DNA from: Balanoglossus misakiensis
Lineage: Eukaryota > Animalia > Hemichordata
Assembly (NCBI GenBank): GCA_040954595.2
Contig: CM082578.2
Location: forward strand, 4,756,831-4,820,830
Length of the DNA stretch: 64,000 nt
Direction: 5' to 3'
Under the pieces are notes generated by a model, which saw nothing but the letters and a program-made list of their open reading frames with translations, made no database searches and was not told where the DNA came from. How positions within the stretch are numbered: position 1 is the first letter of the stretch; each line of letters starts with the position of its first letter. This document shows, piece by piece, positions 27,376 to 44,824 of this stretch. A program made the position numbers and the translations under genes.

Positions 27376-27720
27376 CTTTTAGTGAGTGACGACTTGCAAC
27401 TGCAACACGAACCACCTCCCTAGTACATGTGGATAGTGAGGCCCAAAGTTTACTGGAAGCATTTACCGAGTCATCGTCGGCTCGCACGGGTTGTTGGACC
27501 GACCAAAATTTCCCTAACGAACCAATGCGGAAACCGCTATATAAAAAAACACCGTCCACGGTCAAAGGATTTGTTCTGCCAATGTCTATTTTTCGGATAC
27601 CAAGAGCTTGGCGGGCGGAGAGGTTACCTAGTATAAATGCAAGACAGCCTCAGGATGTCAGTGTTAGTAAAAGACATTCCTTCGCGCGTGTCATTTGTGC
27701 ATATTTCTGATTGGGCGAAA
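27376..27720 (-). promoter_or_regulatory. Putative non-coding first exon and promoter of the NLR gene
   Basis: Minus-strand donor AAA|GTAAGC at ~27375; CpG-richer stretch with CCAAT boxes (27521, 27710); acceptor TTTTCAG at ~26768 precedes the ATG exon. Confidence 0.45.
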
Positions 27721-29064
27721 CGTTACCTTTGACACAAATTTAAATATTCATGAGATTTCCTTTTTTGGCGATCGGGCCGACTGATTTGGGGTCAACGTCA
27801 TTTGCGTTACACATCGAAAGGTCACTGGCCGGGGTCAGAGAAAAAGGCCCACTGTTCATGCTGTTGGTTCTGCCGCGCCGCGCGCCGGTCTGTTTTGGTG
27901 CCAAATTGCAAATAGTCACATTGACATCATTACTTTATGCATTATGCCTACGTCATAACATTATGTTTTTTTAATATCATTTCCCGGCCGTGTCCCAGAA
28001 TTTCTTACATAATTATTAAATGTCAATTACAAACTTTTAGAGAAACAGGGTGTTGCCTTCCAACTTTTTTCAATAAGCTTGTCTAAAACCTTGTGGGTAA
28101 TGCTGAGTCAGCACTTTTCTTGCACCCCCTCATGCTATGATAATTTTCCTATGATGAAAATATCTGAACAGCTATCACAAAATGAAGCATTGGTGACGAA
28201 TTATGTTCTTCGTATCATTTAATAAAGCTTCAATACATGGTATTCAATTCAATAAATGTTTCGGTCCCCTGTAAAAAAAATTTCAGGTAACTTTATTCCA
28301 TGGTGAAATTAGATTGATTGGATAAACGGAAGGACATTGTCATTTTTGCATTTAAAATAAAGAATTTTTTGGAGCAGAATGTCTCATTAGAGGTCAACCA
28401 TGATATAGGATGCCCAAAGTCGTCTTGTGGGTGGTGACTCCAACCTCAAATTAGTAGAGAGAAGAACTAGCCTTGGCCTGGTGAAGTTAGCCTGTAGCGC
28501 TACCATGGACCACTTCGCGGATAGAATAACGCAGGGGGGTTGTGGGGCAGTTTGCGTTCTGAGTCGTGCGTTTGCCATGTACTAGAGGCTGTGTCACGGT
28601 TGAACGCAAATTATACAATCATGCATTGCAGATACCATATCTGCGAAGTGGTCTATACAGTTTTTTTTACCAACATACAGGTAAGAATTTCAGGAATAGC
28701 TTTTATTGAAACAAGCAGCAAGTATTATTCCGTGTTTGTGAGAAGTTTGAAATATTTCACGGTCGTTTTCTGGTGTAATATATCTCTTGCAATCTTGTTG
28801 CCACTTGGGATGTATTAAAGGGCTGACTGTGACTTCAAGTCTGAATACTGTGGTTGTTTCAAGCGTGTTCATAATGAATCCTCCCGCACCCATTTCAACC
28901 TGTAAACTCTGCCTGGAGGTCAAAATTCTGACCCCCAGTGTATGTGACCAGTCAGTCTATCAATTATTCTAGGGAATGGAGAGCACCAGGCGTCTGCATA
29001 AAGACGCTATGCAAGGATATTATTATTGTAAGGTCATGACAAAGATGACGCCAAATCTTCCAAC

Positions 29065-29539
29065 TTTGAGTGGAGTGGCAAAAAGTAAAATTGGTCCTCC
29101 CTAACATTGAGTTAATTTGCTTTTGAGTTCATTAAAATGCAACTTTGAGCACCGTATGTTAAAAAAAATTTCTTATGTGCCCACCCCCGCCACTTTTCTT
29201 GTTTTACCAATTCTAGCAACTAATGTACTGACTTGTCATTTTAATTTGTTTATAGATTTCTTTGTTGCAATGATATACTATTATATACTTCAATAACACT
29301 TTAAGAAATTTATAATTGAGGTGTGAGGAGCCTCATTCCCTTTATTGCATCCAGTGTACATAGGATCAGGATGGTGAATTTTTTCGGCATGGGGGGGGGG
29401 GGTCCATCATATTTTTGGGTCTGTCAAAGGGGGGGGTCATCATTTTTTGGTCCTGGGTGAAGGGGGGGGGGTCAGCCTGATTTTGAAAACCCATGACACA
29501 AACTTGCCCCCCCCCCGGCCGTAAAAACTGAACGGTCCC
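29065..29539 (+). mobile_element. Right half of PIF/Harbinger-like MITE (family 1)
   Basis: Same internal repeat as 15013-15320 in the same orientation; ends poly-C + GGCCGTAAAAACTGAACGGTCCC|taa, the exact reverse complement of the 14705 terminus. Confidence 0.75.
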
Positions 29540-29936
29540 TAAAACCACCAGATCTGAAACACAATAAACAGCAATCTGATTAAAATCAGATGTAGGGAAC
29601 GGCGACGTGTTTTTTTATGTTGTCGCCTTTGTTTGAGACAAAGGAACTTTAATGATTTAGTATTAAGGGATTACGCAAGTGATTTGTGACCTGGATTCCT
29701 CAATGCAATAAAGTAGGGTCCTTCTCCAAAATAAGGATTCCTAAATGCCATAAAGTAAGCATAAGGGTCCCTCTCTAACATAAGGATTACGGTATAAAGG
29801 AAATACAACGTTCCCACGATTTATATACATGTCCTCGACCTCTCTATACTTATTAAATAGTAATAACACTAAAACAATAGTCGAATATCGCCATGATTGT
29901 GGTCACAATGGTTTTTAAAAAGTCACTATGGTTTTT

Positions 29937-29942
29937 AAAAAA
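29937..29942 (-). terminator. Pol III terminator (T6) of the tRNA
   Basis: TTTTTT on the minus strand 3 nt after the tRNA 3' end. Confidence 0.75.
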
Positions 29943-29945
29943 CTT

Positions 29946-30018
29946 CGCCCGCTAAAGGGGTCGAACCCTTGACCTTAGGATTAAAAGTCCCACGCTCTAC
30001 CGACTGAGCTAACCGGGC
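29946..30018 (-). tRNA. tRNA-Lys(TTT): tRNA-Lys (anticodon TTT)
   Basis: GCCCGGTTAGCTCAGTCGGTAGAGCGTGGGACTTTTAATCCTAAGGTCAAGGGTTCGACCCCTTTAGCGGGCG, 73 nt; A and B boxes, cloverleaf pairing, one G6:G67 mismatch. Confidence 0.9.
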
Positions 30019-30570
30019 TCTGCATAGACGTTAGACAAAATTATCTTCTTCTTTTTTGCCTAACAATACACTTTTACTTGGCTGATGAATATTTTAGCAG
30101 AGCTATGACCGCAATCTTGAAAATGACAATACTGGAAGAGGGTTATCTAGCAATTCTCGAAGTAATCATGTAACAGATATTCTCTTGAAAGAAGCTTGAG
30201 CAATTTGGTGTCAGGCTGTGATCTTTCAGCCATTCTGATGAATGTTGCGCTCTGGTACGCTCAACCTCTGCCTCTGGGTAATAAACGAAGTGTGCCTTAG
30301 TCTGGAGTAGACTCGGCGAGAGGAACGATTAATAAAAAAACAGAACTGACACAGGTTATCACGTGATGGTTAAGTGAAAACGTCGTCGTCAAATTAGTGG
30401 ACGAAAAGTGCTCCATTAGTGTGGTCTGAATCATGTCAGTAGTCTGAATCCTACAAAAAGCACCTAAGGACCTATATTGAGTTTAATTAAATTATGGTGG
30501 CGTATAGCTGTGGCATGTACAAAGGTGAACAAGTTATAATATAAATACAACATTTTGCTTCGTAGTTTGT

Positions 30571-30593
30571 GCAGCGCCCTCTTGCCGGCCAAT
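30571..30593. promoter_or_regulatory. CTCF-like motif overlapping a CCAAT box upstream of INF2
   Basis: Reverse complement TGGCCGGCAAGAGGGCGCTGC resembles the CTCF consensus; CCAAT at 30589. Confidence 0.35.
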
Positions 30594-30893
30594 CCGTTTC
30601 TGTTCGACTGCACCATCTCCCAGTAAAGGCCAATGAAAATGAATGAAAAATCACACCCTTCCTTCTCTCTTGACTTGTTTGTGTTTGCATGGAAAGAGAC
30701 GAAGATACCAAGCGCCAGGTCTTGCGTTGTCTGGCTTAATTTGCATGCGAGTATATTTATGGTAGATAATTTATGCTTGCCCTCATTACAGAGAGAGTCT
30801 GGTGAAACAGGTTACAGGTATCTGAACTCTGGGCGGATTCGTTCTGAATCTTGTGTCGAGAGGAATCTCCGCCAAAGCACATATACTGTTATC

Positions 30894-37518
<6,625 letters not shown>

Positions 37519-37857
37519 ACCGGCCCGGGAAAACACAACAGGCTAATTTGCCTTCCCCAAGCGGCTACATTCTCCAAATGTAACGCCCTCTGCCATCGAT
37601 CCCTACTCCAACATGACATTTTGACCCGAATATCTGCCGAATATCGCGCACCCTCGCACACAACTTTTCCGCTATTTTCAGATTTTCAGATGATAGCTAA
37701 GTTAATTACGTTACCCATACTTCCTTTATAATAATGATAATAATATACTCATATAATATTTAATTTCCTTTTAGTGTAGCGCAGCCAGCGGTGGGAATGG
37801 GTAGGGAAAGAACAGGCAAGAACCGACGGGTGATCGACCACTTCGGGATCGCTTTAA

Positions 37858-38090
37858 CGGACTGGTCAGTTTATGCAGTCGGCGGGGGGGGGGGGGTTGT
37901 CGGTGGATTAAAGGGGAGGTCACCCTGTTTTGGAATTGAGTGATGATGGATGGGGGTCACCTTGTTTTGGAAATGCCGTGAAGATGGCTGCCGCAAACTT
38001 AATTTTCCATATTTTAGAATATTCTAATTTTCTTGTTGTTTTTTTAAAATAGAAATTGCGTATCAATGAAATTTTTACACAATATATGTA
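37858..38090. mobile_element. Left-hand part of PIF/Harbinger-like MITE (family 2), truncated at the duplication breakpoint
   Basis: taa|CGGACTGGTCAGTTTATGCAGTCGG + poly-G, GGGGTCACC motifs as at ~13952. Confidence 0.5.
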
Positions 38091-40699
38091 GAGAAATTGG
38101 GTGTTCCTATGCAACATTTTTCAATAAGATAGTCTAAAACCTTGGGGACAATGCTGAGTCAGCACTTTTCTTGCACTAGCTCTGAGGGCAAGCCTTATTG
38201 ACTGGACTAGTAAAGGAGCACCTGGCCTCGATTCAGACGCAATTGCTTTGCCAGTGCAAAGTGCGCCTCTAGGGCTGTTTATGGTGATCTGGTGCTGGCA
38301 GAGCGTTTGAAGTGTCAGACTATATAATCTAACCACGATAAAAATTGGGAAATTAAATGTTTTTGGCAATTGTTTCTGATTGAGGCCTGTCATTTGTTTT
38401 ATTTTGAGTTGATAGACCCCTGAGAAAAAAGATTACGATGCCTGTCCTGAAATGATGATCGAGTGTCTGACTTTTGAAATATTTACCAAGGGAAAAATTG
38501 GAAAGTGTTAAAACAGTTACAGCTGTCATTCACTTTAGTTTGAGCTGATGCAACACCCGCTGTCGACCGTCCTACCATAATTCTTAAGCAATGGACACCG
38601 AATTGTCATTCCTTCTATTTTGGGACACCATGCTTGGCTTACCTAAAATCGTATCTTTGGCAAATACAGATTGCCATTCCATGTCTAGTGCTAAAACGTA
38701 ATGTCATTCATTTTTCATAGCGTAACATATTGTCATTCGTTTTACATCATTTGAATATGTACATTGCAGGCACGTAATTAACTGGTAACAATTGTGATTG
38801 AGGCCAGTACTAATCTAACTGTGATGGCAACTTTTGAGCCGGTGTCGTGAGCAGATGGTCTCACGCTGGATCCAGCTGACATAGTCACAGACTTACCCTC
38901 ACAGAAGGTCATACAACTTCCCTTTGACACATTGACAATAAAAAAAGACTGCAAATAATCTAATTTTTCATGTGCTTTTATTAACAGAACTGCACAAAGT
39001 GAACTTTACCCCGCACTAAAACCCAGGAAAAAACCTTTTTCATGATAAGGGAAAAAATGCTCTGGGAAAGCGTAGGTAATATGCAGATTCACCAGTTGAC
39101 AGATAATTGTATTTTACTGAAATTAATGCTTCCTAACTAAACTTTCAAATGAAAATGCTAATCTGGCTTAGAAAATAGTTTAAAGAGAAAATATTGACAA
39201 TTTTACTATATCAAGCAAAAGTTCTGGGTAAAACTGACAAATATCAATAGTTTGTCACTCAGAATAAATAAAGTGTTCTCAGTAAATCATAACAAGTTTG
39301 TTGTTACACTGTTCTGTATAACAATTTAAGGACCACTACCTGTAACTTTTGGTACAGAACATTGTTATTATTGGCAAATGCATTCCATTGCAGACTTGAA
39401 TACATTTTGTAACAATAACAATGCTGATTATGCACGCAAGAAACTATGGTTCATGCACAGACCAAAATTACTGAAAAAATCATAAAATGTTACAGATAGT
39501 GGAACCTCATAAATGTTCCATAAATATTAGAACTTTAAAATGGCAAGCAAAAGCAAAATCATAAATTTTCACGTTAAAATAGGAAGAATAAAAGGGATAA
39601 TATTTAAACTGTTGAAACTGCACACACAAGTAAGTTGTGTAGAAAGTGAACTTCGTGTATATATCATGAGTTATAAACATGAAGGAAACCTCATCAGTTA
39701 CAGCCACTGGTAAAACTTCATTAAAGATCCCCGAAATTGGGGGTAAAGACTTAAAGACATGGGCACCGAGATGACTGTGCCACAAAAAATAAATACTTTT
39801 TCAAAGTTCATTAAAGACTCCCAAACATCGAGGGAAAATGACACAGATAGGAATGATCAAGAGTAAATTGAAAGTGTATGAAATATTGAATTGTTTTTTT
39901 TTTTAAATGGTAAATACCACAAGTTTTTTATTGTTCATAAAGTGTAAATAATGCATTGTCTGGAAGCCATGTTGCATAGGCTCGATGCTATTCAATTTAT
40001 GAATGAATTCCCTTCTATTATGCCACCCCCTTCCCCCTAAATAATTATGCCTATATGGCTTCTGCAAACATTATTTATGCATTTATGAAGAAAACTTTCA
40101 TCAAAAAATCAAAGTACTGTAGACACTCACACATTGCATATGAATGTGTACAATAAAATGATAAAAATACTTATAAATGTCAAGTAAAAGCGAAATCGTA
40201 AAGTTCATAACTAAATGCGAAAAATTAAACAGATACATGTACAGTTGTATACCGGTATATCAAACTGTTCAACACAGCTGCGAAAAGCAACTAATGAACT
40301 GATCCCAGGAAACTACACTGGACTTGAAGGATCTATCGCAATTATTTTTGCATCATCAAATTTGGTTAGTCATGTATATGGTATTGTCAAATACATGTAT
40401 ATTGCAATCTGAAACCTTCTCATCAGTTATAGCCATTGGGAAAACTTCATTAAAGACGTACCCTCCAACACTGAGGAAAAATATACGAAAAGACATGAAT
40501 GTTAAAATGTTCACACACACATACACATACATATTTTTTATTTATAATATGCGAAAGTACATTGGAGGAAGCGAAGACAGCGCGCGCAAAGATATAGATG
40601 AGTTGAAGAGGGACTGCAATCTTGTGACTTCTTGAGACTGCAAGGATTGTGAACCTGCTTCATCAGATAACCATGGCAACACAGATGTCAGAAAAATTA

Positions 40700-41715
40700 C
40701 CACGAGTACTCCAAGACGTCAACCAAGATGGCAGTGTACAATGTGTGTATCGTCAGCACTCTCCTCAATGGCAGCGAAACATGGACGACCTACTCGAAAC
40801 AGGAGCGCAAACTGAACAGCTTCCATCTGCATTATCTTCGCTATATCCTTGGCATCCACTGGAGTGACACAAATTCCAATGCCCAGGTCCTAGAGCGTGC
40901 GGGTCTTCCTATCACATTCACACACTGCTTAGGCAACACAAGACTTCGGTGGCTAGGCCATGTGCCAAGGATGGAGGATGGACACATTCCCCCAAAGAGA
41001 AGAGACAGTCACCCCCATCTGGGCTACAAAGATGTCTGCAAGCGTGACATGAAAGCCTTGGACATCAACACAGAGAATTCGGAAGAGGTTATAGCAGTGT
41101 TCTTCACAAGCAGCTAAAGTCATGAAGAGGAAGAAATCCTGACCACAGCCAGTGAAAAGAGAGCCAAGCAGAAGGCACGCACACCAGAAGATACCCAAAC
41201 AAAGTCACATCTGCAGCAAATGTGGCAGAGATTGCCACTCCCGCATCTGACTCAAAAGCCACAGCTGTCAACAAGACTTTGGTGGCTTGGCCATGTGCCA
41301 AGGATGGAGTATGGACGCATTCTCAAACTCATCCTCCAGCAAGAGAAGAGACAGTCGCCCCAATCTGGGCTACAAAGATGTCTACAAGCGGACATCATGA
41401 CATGAAAGCCCTGGACATCAACATGGAGAATTGGGAAGAGGTAGCAGCCGACCACAGCAAAAGTGTTCTCCACAAGCAGCTGAAGTTCGGAGAGGAAAAA
41501 AAGGATGACCAGAGCAAGCAAAAAGAGAGCCAAGCAGAAGGCACACACCCAATCAGCCAACCCCAACAATCCACACCCGCAGCAAATGCACCCGAGACTG
41601 CCCCGTCTCCAGCATCAGACTCATTAGCCACAGCCGCCGCTGTCACTAGCAACATCATGACTTTCTCTGGTGCAATATCAATATGTCGGTGCCATCTGAC
41701 GGAGGGCCTACTGCT
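40700..41715 (+). mobile_element. RTE-clade LINE 3' fragments (two partial tandem copies), degenerate
   Basis: VYNVCIVSTLLNGSETWTTYSKQERKLNSFHLHYLRYILGIHWSD..VLERAGLP..RLRWLGHVPRMEDG, typical of the RTE ORF C-terminus; motif repeats at ~41275; frameshifts. Confidence 0.85.
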
Positions 41716-42174
41716 CCCAGACACACAAAGATCATGAAAATTCAAAAAGTTAAATTCAAACATGTAACCATGGGAATCACAGATGCCAAACAATGACGAC
41801 AGAACTTCCATAAACCCAAAAATTACGAACATTCAAATGCAAATTAACACAAAAACCCCACAACTTTGGCAACATCACATATGCCAAAATACAAGTACTG
41901 AACTCCAAAACAATCAATACAACCACAAAGAACCCTAACAAAAATCCCAGACACAAAAGATGTCTCTCCAAAGGGAAAAAAAATCTGAAAAGGTTGAGCA
42001 CTGACAAGTCTTGTCACTGCTCATCAAGGTTCTCAACAGAATGAAAAATACATTGCACCACTCACAAACAAACATACACGTATACTAGTATACATACACA
42101 CACAGACACAGAGACCCACGGGTATATTACATACATACATAGATACATACATACAAACACACAATAAATAAATG

Positions 42175-42305
42175 GGTGAATGAATGAATGAATGAATGAA
42201 TGAATGAATGAATGATTAAATGAATGAATGATCAAATGAATGAATGAATGAATGGATGGATGAATGAATGAATGGATGAATGAATGAATGGCTAAACAAA
42301 CAAAC
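42175..42305. repeat. (TGAA)n/(TGGA)n microsatellite (copy at 61172-61305)
   Basis: Directly visible. Confidence 0.95.
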
Positions 42306-42334
42306 ACACAAAGAAAAAAATTAAACAAACAAAG

Positions 42335-42930
42335 AAATTATTCAAGCAGGATTTATGGGGCCCAAGTATTTTCCTCTTAGTATACTGGTATGGCCAATGT
42401 GCAACAAAATCGAGACTACTGGCCTGGAATTAGGTATGCCGAGTTCCTCAGTAGTGCATGTGAATAAAAAAACGCACCACTGGCTGTACTATTAGAATTA
42501 GGTATGCTCAAATTAATGGGGTCAACATTGGTCAAGGGGGTCCTGAAATTTTTCATCAAATTTTAGGTCCATTCTGGTCCATATGCATCAAAAACAAAAT
42601 ATCTAATCTTAACAGACAGCCTGCAATTAGATATGCAGAAAAATAATGACATGCATGCATCAATTATGTAGGTCAAAGATCAGGTAGCATAAGGTATATG
42701 CATATGTAATTAGGTTCTCAAAAAGTGGGTCAATAGCTGGTCATGTAAAAATTGAAAAAAAAATTGTGTGTGCTATCAATTTATTGGAGAAGTCATATTA
42801 AGATTTTCAGATAATCCAATATGGCCGCAAGGTCATGTGACTAATTAAAAATTCAAGGTTCAATGGATGACCACTCATTGACACAACCAACCATGAAACC
42901 CCACAGCTTGGGCCCTTTTATAACAAAACA
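42335..42930 (-). mobile_element. Solitary, internally deleted, inverted relative of the 1.43-kb array monomer (second copy ~61337-61940)
   Basis: ATCCAATATGGCCGCAAGGTCATGTGACTAATTAA (42814) and CAAGCAGGATTTATGGGGCCCAAG (42343) are reverse complements of monomer segments; GGCCTGGAATTAGGTATGC also matches. Confidence 0.8.
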
Positions 42931-44824
42931 AACAAACAATAAAAAAGTGATCACTTATGATAAAATCACCCCCCCCCCCTCGGCAGTAACTCCCACAAGA
43001 CCCAATTTTGTATCCTATTGCTATTAAACCTTTTACATTACCAAATCATACTTTCAAAATGTAGAATACTAGAAACTCATGCCTATATCAAGTACAGTAA
43101 TGGAAAAATGACAAAGAACAGAGAGAGAGAGAGCAAGTCAAACAATATGCAATGGTGGTTTACATGTACTTTTTATTGTCTTGTTTACTTTCTGAACACA
43201 ACTGTTTCACACAAGTTTTTCTGTAATTCAAATTTTCTTGTCTCTTGCAGCTCTCAATGTTTTTATTGTGTGAGCCCCCTGATTTAAAAGGGATGCAACA
43301 AAGAAATAAACAATAGCTGAAAATTGCTGTAATTCCTTTTATTTGTTTGCCATTTTACCTTTTATAAGTGGGTGCAGCTATGAGTTGTAAAGGCTCAATG
43401 GCAAACACCTGAAGGCTGCTGTATCCAGTGCAATTACATGTTAGTGCTAGTTTTCACACAGTGCTTGTTACGCGCAATGCTTATTGTGCCTAGAGGACCC
43501 AACAACCTTCAGGACAATATGTTGAACAAATGGCAGTGAGAATTCAGGACTGTAATAATCAATATAATGGGATTTATTAGAAAATATTTTATTTCAATGG
43601 TACACTTGTATGAAGTTGTGTTGGCGTACTGAAATGTACACGTTGCAATTTCATTTGAACCTGCTGCCCCTCTCTCTCTCTCTCTCTCTCTCTGACACAA
43701 TTACAAAAAAAATCCATCAGAATATTACATTTGTAATACAGATCATACAACTGAGGTAGGAATTGATCAATGTTCAATTTCAAGCCATGGGAGAAGTTCT
43801 GTTCTTGAAATGACGATGAAATCAAACAATGTTGGTTCAAGTCAGTGAAAGGAAAGTCATCTTGTCCAAGGAAACTTCTCTGCATCTAAAGAGCACTGCC
43901 TTTTGAATTCATACATGTATCCTCTTCTTTCCTATAAACAGAAAGAGGACATCACACTTACCTTGTATTGATTTATCATAGCAACTAAGAAACATTTAAC
44001 TTACGCACAGAAACAAAGATGTGCTTCTTTCAAACACTGATTAGAGGATGAGCTCCAGAATGCGAAAACGTAATCAGGTAATTTCTTAATCACTTTGTGA
44101 TATGCTTGTTGGGTGCCCTTTGACAGCCAGACAACAATGTAATAAGTCAATGATCTGGTCCCAACTGTATTATTAATACATAGCCATGGGTGGAGTGTGA
44201 TGCAAAGGGCAATACAATGTACTGCCAATACTTCATACAGTTTCCTCACATGGCAGATAAATATTGTGCCCCAGCTGATACTAATTTCAGAGTAGACTCA
44301 CTGCAGATCATGTGACACTACAGAACAAGAACTTGTGAAATCTGCTAAGTAAATGTATCAATGTAACGCTCATAACACAATCAACAGTATTTGCGGTATG
44401 TTTATTCAAAAGTAATAAACATATGAACTTGGATTTTGACATGTGAGAATGATGAGTCAGTCTCATATTGTTATGCAAATTTGTGGGGGACCAGTGGAAA
44501 CAATCAGGTCACTACCAGAGTTCTGGGATCAGTGAAAAATTAAACAAATGTGCAGGCCCTGAATACTAATACATTTGTAGTAAAACAAGTTCGATTGAAT
44601 GACATCCTTGTATGAAGTTAAAATAGACATGTTGATCTGTATCAAAATATGCCAATTATTTTTGTGTCAACCAACACAATGGTAACATTTATTGACCAAG
44701 AAGATTTCCTGTTTTCATGGACTATACAATGTCATATACCGGCTGCCATCCAAAATGAGCATTTACATTCTATTCTGTCATCCATGGGGTCTACCGACTC
44801 TGCAGGGGAAGACTAAACTTTATC

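Noticed and set aside
15365-29030. Direct repeats (15365-16015 / 28310-29030) as LTRs of a retro-element carrying the NLR
   Set aside because: No TG...CA ends, PBS or PPT seen; the NLR has introns; homology extends into a larger duplicated block.
30633-30893. 87-aa N-terminal extension of INF2
   Set aside because: No INF2 similarity before ATG 30894; probably UTR or intron, though not excluded.
38790-38935. Coding-looking segment (LVTIVIEASTNLTVMATFEPVS*ADGLTLDP)
   Set aside because: Internal stop in both copies and no recognisable family.
41222-41832. 145-186 aa ORFs (also 60174-60829)
   Set aside because: Off-frame and antisense reads of degenerate RTE sequence; identity between copies reflects recent duplication.
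43509-44249. Minus-strand ORFs as remnants of a second NLR
   Set aside because: No similarity to the NLR C-terminus by eye; frame depends on (CT)n length between copies.
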